From positions 90,169,274-90,233,273 of the forward strand of contig NC_057718.1 of NCBI RefSeq assembly GCF_004010195.1: 64,000 nt of DNA, written 5' to 3'. Position 1 is the stretch's first letter; each line of letters begins with the position of its first letter. The position numbers and the translations under genes were made by a program. The notes beneath the pieces are model-generated. The model had not been told where the DNA came from and did not search any database. It was given only the letters and a program-made list of their open reading frames with translations. Positions 23,200-35,534 of the stretch are shown piece by piece. Source of the DNA: Chiloscyllium plagiosum. Taxonomy: Eukaryota.

Positions 23200-23690
23200 G
23201 AATTTTGCAACAAGTACTTCACTTCCTGTCTCCCCAAAGCCTCTCCGCAATACTCTCCAGCTGCCTGGATAGGTGCAGCTCCAACAACATGCAAGAAGCT
23301 TAACACTATCCAGGAACAAAGAAGTCCTCTTGATTGGCACCCCATTCAACATCCTTAGCACTCACCCCCTCCACCATTGGCGTAAAATGGCATCAGTGTG
23401 TACCATGTATAAGACAGTAAGCTAACCGTCTGCAGCAATTCCCTGCGGAATTCCTCCGACAAAATTTTCCAAATCTGTGACCACTACCATCTAGAAGGAC
23501 AAGGCTTGCAGACACGAGGTCATCACTCCCCAGGAAGCTGCATTCTAAACCACATGTCATCCTGATGTGTATTTAGGTCATTGTTCCTTCAGCGTGGTTG
23601 GGTCCCATTCCTGGAGCTCCCTCCCTGCCCGCATCTTGGGTGTCTCTATCCACATGGACTGCACCTCCTCCATCTTGTCCAGGGCATTTT
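23200..23690 (+). mobile_element. Second CR1-like LINE family, decayed ORF2 3' region
   Basis: YSPAAWIGAAPTTCKKLNTIQ; homologous to 27260-27720 and 34140-34900. Confidence 0.7.
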
Positions 23691-23692
23691 GT

Positions 23693-24276
23693 TTTCTTCA
23701 CTCACAGGATGTCACATGTAGGCCAGACTAGGTAAGGATGGCATATTTTCTTAAGGACATTAATGAACTAGGTGGGTTTTTCCCGACAGCTAGCAATTGT
23801 TTTGTGGTGATGATGGGCAGTGCGGTCGCTCAGTGGTTAGCACTGCTGCCTCACAGCGCCAGGAACCCAGGTCGATTCCATCCTGAGACACTCGTCCGTG
23901 TGGAGTTTGCACATCCTCCCCGTGTCTGTTTGGATTTCCTCTGGGTGCTCCAGTTTCCTCCCACAGTCCAAAGATGTGCAGGTTCGGTGGGTTGACCAGG
24001 CTTAATTGCCCCACTGTGTTCAGGGATATGCAGGCTGGTTGGATTAGCCATGGGAAAGGTAGGGTTGAGGTGGTGGGGGTGGGTGGGTCTGGTTGGGATG
24101 CACTTCGGAGGGTCGGTGTGGATGAATGGCCTGCTTCCTCACTGTAGGGATTCTGATCATTAGACTCACTTATTGAAATCAAATGCCACCATCTGCCATG
24201 GCAGGATTTGAACCTGGGTCCCCAGCAGCATTTCTGGATTAATATTCAAGTGATAATGCCACTAGGCCATCACATC
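23693..24276 (-). mobile_element. SINE-B split by an HE1 SINE (23816-24156, +)
   Basis: SINE-B body stops near 23812 and resumes at tcattagactc near 24158. Confidence 0.75.
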
Positions 24277-25389
24277 CTCGTGGCAACACCCATGAATATA
24301 AATAGTGGCTACGAGAAGAGGCCCTTAGTCCAATGTTCATTGCCCACTCAAGCAGCTCAATTAGCTGCAGAGTGGGTAGGTTATCCAGGGGCCTTCCTTG
24401 CCCGGACTTAATCGGAGCGGAGGCAGAGTCCATACTTGCCGTTGTCCCACCTGATTAAATGTTCACCCTGTCTCCAAACCCACCATAGGGAAGGAAATAA
24501 AGCAAAACTGTCCATCAAGGATGCATCTGTAGCCTGATCTAACCTTCCTGAGTGCACGTGGGTGAGTCTCCAGTTCCTGACGGAGGATTTGGGCCGAGCA
24601 GATCAAACCACTAAGAGTTCCCAGTACCTAAATCTCGACTGGCTGATGACTCCAGTGTGCTCAGACACTGATGGAGGTCACAAGGTCAGGCATAGCTCCT
24701 CTAGACTACATCGGTTGTTAAAACTGCTGCTGTGAATATCTCTCCGCTAAGCTCGAGAGAATGATCATTGTCTGGCTGATGCGTGGAATTGATTGAAATT
24801 TCACGAGTGTTGTTGTGCGACTGTAGGGGGCAACAGTTCCCAAATGCTTTGTAGCGCACGGCTCCAAAGAATAAAATGGCAATGGGCTGCAATTGGACAG
24901 CTGATCTCCCCTCTGGCTCAGTCAGAATCCCATCATCAGTACAGTGACTGCAGACCTGACCTTAGACTCTGAAGAGCAGATTAAAATGTAGAGGCATAAA
25001 AGACTGTGATTGGCACTATGGTGCAGTGACTATTCGATTGTTGAACATTTTATTTTTTTCAACACTAGACATACCACATGTAAACAAAAGCATCAGTTCT
25101 GGACACTGCTGTATTTGAGAATGTTGGTTTTCCTACGAAAGGTTACTCACTCTCAAGGAAACTCATCTACCCTGCTCTCTAGAAATGCAATTTATCCATG
25201 GTTGGAATAAATCAAGTAAGATATTCCTATTTAGTTGCGATGGATGCCACTCATACAGTGGGAGGTCATCAGCTATTGCTGTGATCACCACAGTAAGTCT
25301 GTAAAAAGGCGCATAACCTTTAGATAATATTATAATCTGGCTCTTGCGAGTAAAACTAACCTTCTTTCCTGCAGTAAGTAAATCAGCAT

Positions 25390-25403
25390 GTTACTATGGA
25401 AAC
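25390..25403. promoter_or_regulatory. RFX X-box motif
   Basis: GTTACTATGGAAAC fits GTYNCY-AT-RGNAAC; lies in non-repeat sequence. Confidence 0.4.
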
Positions 25404-25567
25404 CTTTCAGGCCTCAGAAGTGTGTCTTGAGAGTAAGTTACTGTGCAACAATGCATTCATTTCATACATCTACTTTCCTGGTAACCAACACTGCAGTTCT
25501 GTGGCTGCTGACCCTTTGCAGTCTGTGTCATGATTAAAACCTCACCAATTCCTTCTGAGCCAAGCCC

Positions 25568-25822
25568 AAAGATATAAAAGACACAAAGGGGCAACTTTTC
25601 ACGCAGAGGGTGGTATGTGTATGGAATGAGCTGCCAGAGGAAGTGGTGGAGACTGGTACAATTACAGCATTTAAAAGGCATCTGTATCGGTATATGAATA
25701 GGGAGAGTTTAGAGGGATACGGGCTGGGTGCTGGCAAGTAGGACTAGATTAGTTTAGGATATCTGGTCGGCATTGACTAGTTGGGCGGAAGGGTCTGTTT
25801 CCGTGCTGTACATCTCTATGAC
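25568..25822 (+). mobile_element. CR1/HER1-type LINE 3' end
   Basis: ggaatgagctgccagaggaagtggtgga...catctctatga. Confidence 0.85.
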
Positions 25823-26159
25823 CTTGCAGTCCACTGCTGGATTCCTGACTGTTTTGCAAACGGTCCTTTTCAAATCAAGTTCAGCCTTTCTGTACGGTAC
25901 ATCTCTATGACAGTCACAGAATGTATTGCCATTGCATTGACTCCTGTTACTGACATCACTCTGTCTCTTATTGAGATGTTAACACCACACGGGGAGGCCG
26001 TTCAGCCTGCCGAGTGCATTCCAGCACTCTGTTGAGTAATCCAGTTCCACTGCCCCTTCTCTCCATCCCATCTCCATGTGGGCCTGTTTGCATCAGGTGC
26101 ACCTCCAAGTTTCCTTTTCTCATCATTGATTGCCTCCACTTGTGGGCGCACGTTCCAAG

Positions 26160-26446
26160 TCATAGACTCCCTCCGATGTGGAAAGAGGCCACTCAGCCCT
26201 TCGACTCTGCACTGACCCTCCAGAGAGAGAAGCATCCCACCAACAGCCACCCTATCCCTGCATTTTCCATGGCCAATCCACCTGACCTGCAGATCTTTGG
26301 ACTGTGGGTGAAAGCTGAACAAAGCCCCTGCGGACTCAGGGAGAATCTGCATGCTTCACACAGACAGTCGCCCGAGGCTGGAATTGAACCCGGGGTCCGT
26401 TGGGCTGTGAGGCAAGAGTGCTCACCACTGAGCCACCATGCCACCC
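26160..26446 (-). mobile_element. HE1-type SINE (diverged)
   Basis: Reverse complement of HE1 head and core. Confidence 0.8.
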
Positions 26447-26499
26447 AGTTATTACTGGGTGTGGTGTCAGAAGTTCATCTTCATATGTCCCCTGCATTT

Positions 26500-26945
26500 A
26501 GGGTGTAGGTTTGCTCACTGAGCTGTAGGTTTGATATTCAGACGTTTCATTACCTGGTCTCTGGCATGTCTTTACTTAGCCTGTCCCAGGTTAGATGTGT
26601 TGTCCCAGTCGAAATGGTGTTTTTTTTCATCCGTGTGAAGGGCTACGAGGGAGAGAGGGTCGTGTCTTTTTGTGGCTAGCTGGTGTTCGTGTATCCTGGT
26701 GGCTAACTTTCTTTCTGTTTGTCCTACGTAGTGTTTGTGGCATTCCTTGCATGGAATTTTATAGATGACGTTGGTTTTGTCCATGGGCTGTACTGGGTCT
26801 TTAAAGTTTGTTAGTTTTTGTTTGAGAGTGTTGGTGGGTTTGTGTGCTACTAGGATTCCGAGGGGTCTTAGTAATCTGGCTGTCATTTCTGAAACTTCTT
26901 TGATGTATGGTAAGGTGGTTAGGATTTCTGGCTGTGTTCTCCTGC
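26500..26945 (-). pseudogene. Penelope-like element fragment: linker plus GIY-YIG endonuclease domain, fused to a terminal-repeat piece
   Basis: LPYIKEVSE...VIYKIPCKECHKHYVGQTERKLATRIHEH...HHFDWDN, then a stop; 26500-26555 resembles the family-D terminus. Confidence 0.9.
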
Positions 26946-27259
26946 ATTTCTTGTTCAAAATCTTAAATCTGTATCACCTAGTCTTTGCACAGTCAGCTAA
27001 TTCTATCACTGAAGAGTAATATTAGACAATATTATACCACTGAGTGACCTATATATTGTTCAACAAAAGGGTAATTTTAATTTAATTTTGTTTATAACAT
27101 AATCAATTTATGTGGACCATTGTAATTTGCATTGACATATAATCCACTTCCTGTATAAATAAAACCTAAAATCATCTCATGTCACACATTTTTGGAAACT
27201 AGCTGGTAATTCTGTTTTTCATTAATTGAGGTGAAAAATAAAACAGCTTCCATAAACTT

Positions 27260-27720
27260 CACCTTTGACTACCAGGCATCCTGGGCTTAACACTGAACAG
27301 AACCTAAACTGGACCAGCCACATAAAAATTGTATCTACAAGAGCAGGCAGGAGGCTGGGAATTCTGTGGCAAGTTAACTCCTGACTCCCTAAAGCCAGTT
27401 TACCATCTATAAGGCACATGTCAGGAGTGTGATGGAATACTGCTCACTTCCCTGGATGAATGCAACTCCAAGAATGATCAAGAAACTCAATACAATCCAG
27501 AACCACATCAATCCCCTTGACTGGCACCTCATCCCCCATCTCCAACATTCATTCCCTACACCATAATGTAGATTGGCAGCAGTGTGTACCACCTACAAGA
27601 TGCACTGCAGCAACTAACCAAGCCTCTTTGGACAGCTTCTTCCAAACAGATGACTTGCATCAGCTTGAACAGGGTTGGCAGAGGGAAGGGAATATCACCA
27701 GTTGCAAATTCTGGCGAATG
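27260..27720 (+). mobile_element. Second CR1-like LINE family fragment
   Basis: aactggaccagccacataaa...gtcaggagtgtgatggaatact...gatgcactgcagcaact. Confidence 0.7.
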
Positions 27721-27752
27721 ACGTAACCCAGAATGTTGATGGTAGACCGTTG

Positions 27753-28595
27753 TAGAGTCATAGAGATGCACAGCAGAGAAACAGACCCTTTGGTTCAACT
27801 TGTCCATACTGACCAGATATCCTAACCTAATCCAGTCCCATTTGCCAGCACTTGACCCATATCCCTCTAAACCCTTCCTATTCATATCCCTTTTAAATGT
27901 TGTAATTGTACCAGCCTCCACCACTTCCTCTGGCAGCTCTTTCCATACACGCACCACCCTCTGTGTCCCTTTTATATCTTTCCCCTCTGACCTTAAATCT
28001 TTGTCCTCTAGTTCTGGACTCACCCACCCCAAGGAAAAAACCTTGTCTATTTGCCCTATCCATGCCCGTCATGATTTTATAAACCTTTACAAGGTCACCC
28101 CTCAGCCTCTGATGCTCCATTTGGATACAGAAGGTGGTGATGGAGGGTTGCTTTTCAGACTGGAGGACTGTGACCAGTGGTGTGCCACAAGGATTGGTGC
28201 TGGGTCTACAGCTTTTTGTCATTTATGTAAATGATTTGGATGTGAACATAGGAGTTGCAGCTAGTAAGTTTGCAGATGACACCAAAATTGGAGGTGTAGC
28301 GGACAGCGAAGAAGGTTACAGAGTACAACGGGATCTTGATCAGATGGGCCAATGGGCCGAGGAGTGGCAGATGGAGTTTAATTTGTACTGATGTGAGGTT
28401 CTGCATTTGGGAAAGGCAAATCAGGGCTTATGCCTGAAACGTCGATTCTCCTGTTCCTTGGATGCTGCCTGACCTGCTGCGCTTTTCCAGCAACACATTT
28501 TCAGCTCTGATCTCCAGCATCTGCAGTCCTCACTTTCTCCTCAAATCAGGGCAGGACTTATACACTTAATGGTAAGGTCCTGGGGAGGATTGCTG
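27753..28595 (-). mobile_element. 5'-inverted CR1/HER1-type insertion
   Basis: 3' end on the minus strand (27753-28119) joined through cca to a plus-strand RT segment SGVPQG...SKFADDTKIGG (28117-28595). Confidence 0.8.
28428..28541 (+). mobile_element. PLE family-A truncated insertion with 11-bp target-site duplication
   Basis: CAAATCAGGGC at 28417-28427 and 28542-28552. Confidence 0.85.
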
Positions 28596-28599
28596 ACTG

Positions 28600-29970
28600 T
28601 TGCACTCCTGAATTTCAACAGGAGAGGTTTTGATTAATTTTTCAAGGAGATAGTGATTGTCTGTCACTTCTGTATTATGGATGCTATTTGTCACTTATTT
28701 GAGCAAGCCTGAATGTTGATTGGCCTTGCTGCATTGGGCATGGTTTGCTTCGTTCACTAAGATATTGTTAATGGATCTGAACAGACCGTGCTATGTAACC
28801 TTACCTCTGATATTATAATTGAGGAAAGTCATGAATGAAGGAGCTGAAGATAATTGAACAGAAGACAGTGACCTGAGGATCTCATGTGGTGGTGTCTTGT
28901 GATTGGGTTGATTGACCTCCAGCATCTATCTGCTTTTGTTTCAGGCCTAATTCCATGCTGAGATTCCCATGATCCCTTTGATCCCTTGACATCAGTTTCT
29001 TTTTGACTTCTTTGTGCCAAATTAAGATGAATACCACCTTGATACTAATGGCAGTAGCTGTCACCTCATCTATAGAATGGACCAATTGTGGTGGGAGCCA
29101 ATGAGTATTGGTGAGCAGGTTGTTCATGCCAATTGTCAACACAATTGATTACCCTTTTCAATATGGTGCCAATGTTTGTGGGTAGGTGAATAGTGTGATG
29201 ATTGGCCAGATTAGATTAAAGAACGGGACATTTGTCAGAATTTTTCCGTATTGTTGGTTAGATGGCAGTATTGTAGCTGGGCTGGAAGATCATAAATAGC
29301 TTTGGAGCACAAGAGTTGAGCATTACGGCTTCATTGCACACAATGTGCTCAGCTGTTTCTGGATGTCCCGTGAAGTGAATCAAATTTGCTGAAGACTGCC
29401 GTCTATGATGCTGGGGATTTCAGGGGCTAAACCGAGATGGATCATCCATTTCTGGCTAAAGGTGGTTGCAAATGTTGCAGCCCTGCCATCTAGCGAGCCC
29501 GACTCCCACTCCACGCCCACCCCCTCATCGAGGACGGGGATGTTTGTGGAACCTCAATTTTCTGTTTAATTTTCTATTGCTATTCACAAAGCTATGGAGC
29601 GTGAAATTTATCTGTTGATTCTGGGATCGCTTTGATCTGTCTATAACATACAGCACCCGCTGTTTGGCTTCCAAGTAGTCCTGAGTTGCAAATCCGTCTT
29701 ATTTTTTGATAGTGCTGCTGTTGGCCTGCTATCATGCTCCTCATCTTGAAATGGGGTTGATCAGCTGTGTTGGTGGTGACGGTAAAGGGGTTTACAGTTT
29801 GTGGTGGACTTTCTGGTTACGGATGGCCCACGGTGCCTCATGGGTTCAGAGCTGCTCGACCTATTTGAAATCTATCCCATTTAGCGTGCTGTTATATCCG
29901 CACACTACACTGGATAGTGCCCTCACTGTAAAGACCAGTCTTCATTTCTACAATGACTGTGCGGACTGTA
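28600..29970 (-). mobile_element. Highly decayed LINE internal region, probably the second CR1-like family
   Basis: Scattered motifs (ggtggttgcaaatg, gatgtttgtgga, ccaagtagtcctg) recognised by pattern only; no open frame. Confidence 0.35.
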
Positions 29971-30071
29971 ACTAACACATTCTTTTATATTTATTTATCC
30001 TCGATTGCAGATTTAAAGAAAGGGGAAAGGACTGTTCTAAAACCAACAACTGTATGCAATTGCTGAAATTG

Positions 30072-30540
30072 TGATGTTGCCAGGGTTGGAGGGTTGGAGC
30101 TATTGGGAGAGGGTGAACAAGCTGGGGCTGTTTTCCCTGGAGCATCGGAGGCTGAGAGGGGCCTTTATAGAGGTTTATAAAATCATGAGGGGCATGGATA
30201 GGGTAAATAGACAAGGTCTTTTCCCTGGGGTGGGAGAGTCTAGAACCAGAGGGCATAGGTTTAGGGTGAGAGGGGAAAGATATAAAAGGGACCTAAGGAG
30301 CAACTTTTTCATGCAGAGGGTGGTGCGTGTATGGAATGAGCTGCCAGAGGAAGTGATGGAGGCTGGTGCAATTACAACATTTAAAAGGCATGTGGATGGG
30401 TACATGAATAGGAAGAGTCTAGAAGGATATGGACCAAGTGCTGGCAAATGGGACTTGATTAGGTTTGGATGTCTGTTCGGCATATACAAGTTGGACCGAA
30501 GGGTCTGCTTCTATGCTGTGCATCTCTATGACTGTATGAC
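30072..30540 (+). mobile_element. CR1/HER1-type LINE 3' fragment (source of the 195-aa ORF)
   Basis: MLPGLEGWSYWERVNKLGLFSLEHRRLRG...WNELPEEVMEAG. Confidence 0.9.
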
Positions 30541-30544
30541 TCAT

Positions 30545-31509
30545 TATGAGTTGTGTTCACACTGTTGCTTTGCAAAATGTAGGGGGAAAAGTGAGATACG
30601 ATGGCATAGCACTGTGCCTGTTTACACAGCAGGTTTCATCCAGCAACAAAGTGGCTGATTGGTTTCTGCAGATGTGACTATTTGTGATTGCAAGACATCA
30701 TCAGATGCCTGATGATGACTCTCTGTTTGGCTTCTGGGCAGGCAAACAGGTTTAAAACAGAGGGAGAGAAGCCTCTGGACTGATGAAGGAACAGGTTCTG
30801 TGCCTCTATCTCTGTAGTATAAATTATTGATACCTAAAGAAAGCCAGATGTTTTCTCCCACCAGTTGCTGTAAGTTATATCCTTAACCAGTAACTAAAAG
30901 ACTTTATAATTAGAGTACTAGTCGCTGTGTGCCTCCTGTGAAGCAGCAAAAGAATCCAGAAAGGGGATTAGATAGCAGAAGATCCTGGGAAGTGAAAAGG
31001 ACATCTCATCAATCATGTGGACTGGTGCTATTGAACTCTGCTTCCCCAGCACCCTTTTCCTCTATCTTTGATACCAATGTTTTTTTGATTGTCTGTATGC
31101 GTGCATAGAGGTTTAAAATAGTAGAGTTGTACTGTTGTTCGTTCATAGTTTTGTCTACTTGTGGATGGAACATATTCATGTGTAATAAACAGTAATTCTT
31201 GTTAAGTAGAGGAAAATGATCAGTTTATTCTATTAACCTAATTCCATCTGACAGGCAAACTGGAGACTTTGCGGACTTTGATTAAATATTTGATGTTTGT
31301 GGCAACATCTGGAGTGATGGGGCTCAGGAATCAGTACACTTTCCCAAGTGAAGGTGAATTGGCCATGCTAAATTGCCCGTAGTGTTAGGTAAGGGATAAA
31401 TGTAGGGGTATGGGTGGGTTGTGCTTCGGCGGGTCGGTGTGGACTTGTTGGGCCGAAGGGCCTGTTTCCACACTGTAATGGAATCTAATCTAAAAAGTGG
31501 GTCGTAACA
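30545..31509 (+). mobile_element. Possible solo LTR with an HE1 3' fragment (31350-31492) near its end
   Basis: AATAAA near 31164 and end gggtcgtaaca; the HE1 part is clear, the LTR call is by pattern only. Confidence 0.3.
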
Positions 31510-31619
31510 GCTCTTAAAGGACAGATTAATCTGCAACAGGTAGATCAGTGAGGTTTTTCCTTTGTGCTGGTTCTCTCACTATCTTCTGTAGCTCTGTTCT
31601 GGCAGAAATATCTTTAACG

Positions 31620-32185
31620 TCATGGTGAAGTTGTACAGGACATTGGTGAGGCCTCTTCTTGGTACTGTATCCAGTTCTGGTCGCCCTGTAAAAAGAAGGA
31701 TATTATGGAGTTGGAGAGGTTTCAGAAGAGATTTACCAGGATCTTACTGGGAATGGAAGGTTTGAGTTTTAAGGAGAGGCTGGATAAGCTGGGACTTTTT
31801 TCACTGGAGCATAGAGGTTGAGGGGTGACTTTATCGAGGTTTATAAAATCATGAGGGGGACACATAAGATGAATGGCAGGTGCCTTTTCCTTAGGGTGGG
31901 GAATTTCAGGACATGTTTTTAAAGTGAGAGAGAAATATTTAAAAAAGACACCAGAGGCAATTCTTTTACACAGAGAGTGGTTTGTATGTGGAATGAACTT
32001 CCAGAGGAAGTGAATAATATGGGTACAGTTATAACGTTTAGAAGTCATATGGATAAATACATGAATAAGAAATGTTTGGGGGGGACATGGGCCAAGCGCA
32101 GGCAAGTGGGACGAGTTTAGTTTGGGATTATGGTCAGCATGGACTGGTTGGACTGAAGGGTCTTTTTCTGTGCTGTATGACTCAA
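31620..32185 (+). mobile_element. CR1-type LINE 3' fragment
   Basis: ttgtacaggacattggtgaggcct...ccagttctggtcgcc...gtggaatgaacttccagagg. Confidence 0.85.
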
Positions 32186-32799
32186 TATCTCGATGAGCCT
32201 GTGACTCAACCAACTTGGTCAGCAGTGGTTGTCCAGAAGCAGATATTGACATCCCTAACCCAGCGTGCATTCTGTTCCCTTGCCACCCTCAGTGCTTCCT
32301 CCAAATGAATGTATTTTTATTTGACCAAGCGCAATGTGACATTTTGGGACGTGAATCAAAGTTGAGGCTTTGCAAGACCACTCAACCTTGAGTGTATACC
32401 ACAGGGCTGCCATCTCTAGTAGGTCTATGCTCCTGGTGGAACAGGATCTGCCAGGACTGACAATGATGGAGGAATCTGGCACGTTGGCTTGAAGATATAT
32501 TTCCGGTGGTGCCTGATGGCTCAGTAAGAGAGGTCTTTAAATTTCACACAAGTACCCTGTTGTTAGACTAAATCAAGTAGCAAGGTCAATGAAGGCTAAG
32601 CCATTCACTTTTCTTCTTGCAACTTTTCATAATGGTTTGACGCAATTGAGCGGTTTGGCAGGTCAGTTCAGAGCGTAGTTCAGAGGCAGCCATATTGTTG
32701 AGGGCATGGAGTCACCATACCAGGTAACATGGGCAGATTTCTTCTCCTGAAGGGTATTAGTTAGCCAGATGGGGTTTTTGACACGTGAGTGTATGGATT

Positions 32800-33470
32800 A
32801 CAAGGTGGATCATGCCACCAGGCCTCTCGAGCCTGCTCTGCCATTTCATTAGTTCATGGTTGATCTGACTCTTCTGCATTCCCATCTACTGTCAATAACC
32901 TTTCACCTCCTTGCTTATCAGGAATCTATTTATCCACTGCCTTAGAAATAGTCAAAGATTTTGTTTCCACTGCCTTGTGGGAAGAGAGTTCCAAAGACAC
33001 ATGGCCTTCTGTGAGAAAAGATAGATTTCCTCCTCTCTGTCTTAACTCGTAATGTTTAAAAAAGCGTTTCCCTAGCTCCAGATTCTCCCACCATAGTCAA
33101 CATCCTCTCCACATCCTCTCCACGTCCACCCTTCTGAGACTCCTCAGGTTTTCACTTGTTTCAATCAAGTCACCTCCTACTCTTCAAAATTCCAGAGGGT
33201 ATAAGCCTGAACTCTCTAATGTTTTCTCATAAGACAAACTGTCATTATTAGTTCAGTAAAACCTCTGTGAATTGCTTCAATTGTATTTATTTCCTACATT
33301 ATTTAATAAAACCAATACTATACGCAATACACCAGATGTGCGCTCACCAGTGCCCTGTCTAACGGAAACATAACCTCCTCACTCTTCTTTATTCCCCTTT
33401 GGATAAATGATCAAATTCTATTAACTTTCCTAATTAACTGCTACGATTGAATACTAATCTCTTGTGATTA
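32800..33470 (-). mobile_element. Older CR1-type LINE 3' fragment
   Basis: Minus-strand tail gcccctcgagcctgctctgcc-like sequence followed by decayed ORF2. Confidence 0.6.
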
Positions 33471-33526
33471 ACATACTAGGATATTTCTGTGCACCTCAGA
33501 GCTCTGCAATCTCTCAGCATTTAGTT

Positions 33527-33835
33527 AGAATCATAGAATGCCTACAGTGTGGAAGCAGGCCATTCAGCCCATCGAGTCCACACCAGCCCTCCGAAGAGCA
33601 TCCCACCCAGACATACCCCTGTCCCTATCCCTGTAACTCTGTATTTCCTGATGCCAATCCACCTAAGCTGCACATCTTTTGATTGTGGAAGGAAACCGGA
33701 GCACCCGGAGGAAGCCCATGCAGACACTGGGTGAATGTGCAAACTCCACACAGATAGTCACCCGAGGCTGGAATCGAGCCTGGGTCCCTGGTGCTGAGAG
33801 GCGGCAGTGCTAACCACTGAGCTATTGTGCTGCCC
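33527..33835 (-). mobile_element. HE1-type SINE
   Basis: Head-to-tail match with other copies. Confidence 0.9.
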
Positions 33836-34139
33836 TGGCACAGGCAACTTTTAATGCTTTTTAATTGATCCCTCTATATTGCACAATTTCTAATTTTCTC
33901 ACACTGGATTACAGCATCATAGTCCCAGAAGAACATAAGGCTGCTCTCTCATTAGACAGACAGCTGACTGAGGGTGGATTTAACTGAAGGCTGACCACAT
34001 CTCAGGAGAGACGGATGAGTTTCAGAAGAGGAGACCTTCATGGTGACCCCAGCAGACGCTGTGACACTATTGAACAGTGGAGCCGTTCAATTGACCAAAT
34101 GTCTATTTTTGCTCCTGTTTCAAATGTTCCGATTATATG

Positions 34140-34900
34140 TGGTAGATAACACTTGGTGCCACACATTTACCAAGCAGTGACCATCTCCAACAGGAGAACA
34201 CATCTAAGCATATCGCATTGATGTTCAGCGGTATTACTATCACTGAATTCCGCCCTTCTCCCATCAACATCCTGGGGATTGCCATTGACCAGGAGCTGAA
34301 CTGGACCAGCTGTATAAATCTCATGTCTCCAAGAGCAGGTCAAGAGATGATGAATTCTGTGGTGAGTAACTCATCTCCCGACTCTCCAAACTTGCTCACA
34401 ATCCAGAACTATAAACCGTGGTGGAATACTGTCTGCGGGGCTGGATTAGTGCAGCTCCAGCAACACTCAGGAAGCTCAATACGATCAAAGTCATAGCAAG
34501 CTGGCGTGATTGACATCACATTAACCACCTTCAGCATTCAGTCCCTCCATCACCAATGCATGATGGCAGCATTGGCAATACCATCTGTCGGATGCACTGC
34601 AGCAACTCATCTCAGCTCCTTCAACAGCATCTTCCAAACCTGCAATCGCTACCATCTAGCAGAACGAGGCAGCAGATACGTGGGAACTCCCATCACCCAT
34701 GAGTTCTCCTCCAGGTCACACACCGTCCTGACTTGGAAGTCTATCAGTGTTCCTTCACTGTCATTGGGTCAACATACTGGAACTCCCTTCATAATAACAA
34801 TTTTGGTGTACCAACATTGCATGGACAGCAATGGTTCAATGCAGCAGCTCATTACAAAATGCTGGCCTTACCAGCAACACCTTCATCCCCATGAACAAAT
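34140..34900 (+). mobile_element. Second CR1-like LINE family, ORF2 3' region and tail
   Basis: PINILGIAIDQELNWTSCIN; tail aaatgctggcct...catccccatgaac. Confidence 0.75.
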
Positions 34901-35302
34901 TAACACAGTTCCTAACTATTTACAAAACGTTGATTTCTCAAAGGGGAGCTACACTCTGCTGGGGCCCGAGGCAGCCTTGTTAATGATGGGTCATCTGCTA
35001 TCTAGGAGGGTAAAGGCTGTTTGAGTCTTGGGGAAACCACCCGTTGCAAATTCTCCCCCAAACCTCACGTCAATCGGACTTGGAACAATTGTTGGGGTCG
35101 AAACCCTGGAATTCCTTCCCTAATCAGCTGTACCTATAATAGTTTGAGAAGGTGGCGCAGCAGTGCCTTCTGAAGGGTAATTAGGAATGAGTAGGAAATG
35201 CTGCACTCGGCCAGTGATGCCCACATCCCACAAATGAGTTTAAAAGAAGTATTTAACCATGATTAACTTGGGCACTGCCTTCTTCTACGCAGAATAGAAG
35301 TG

Positions 35303-35534
35303 GGAGAAAGTGAGGGCTGCAGATGCTGGAGATCAGAGTCAAGAGTGTGGTGCTGGAAAAGCACAGCCAGCCAGGCAGCATCTGAGGAGCAGAAGAGTCG
35401 ACGTTTCGAGCATAAGTTCTTCATCAGGGTGAAGAGCAGTTTCCTGATGAAGGGCTTATGCTTGGAACGTTGACTTTCCTGCTCCTCGGTTGCTGCCTGA
35501 CCGGCTGTGCTTTTCCAACACCACACTTTTTGAC
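35303..35534. mobile_element. Fold-back PLE-derived element (family A) with two hammerhead cores
   Basis: Arms 35338-35428/35443-35534, 14-nt spacer, 35-nt one-sided tail 35303-35337. Confidence 0.8.

Noticed and set aside
30071..30658. 195-aa ORF as a host gene
   Set aside because: CR1 ORF2 C-terminus reading through into flanking DNA; many homologous copies occur in the window.
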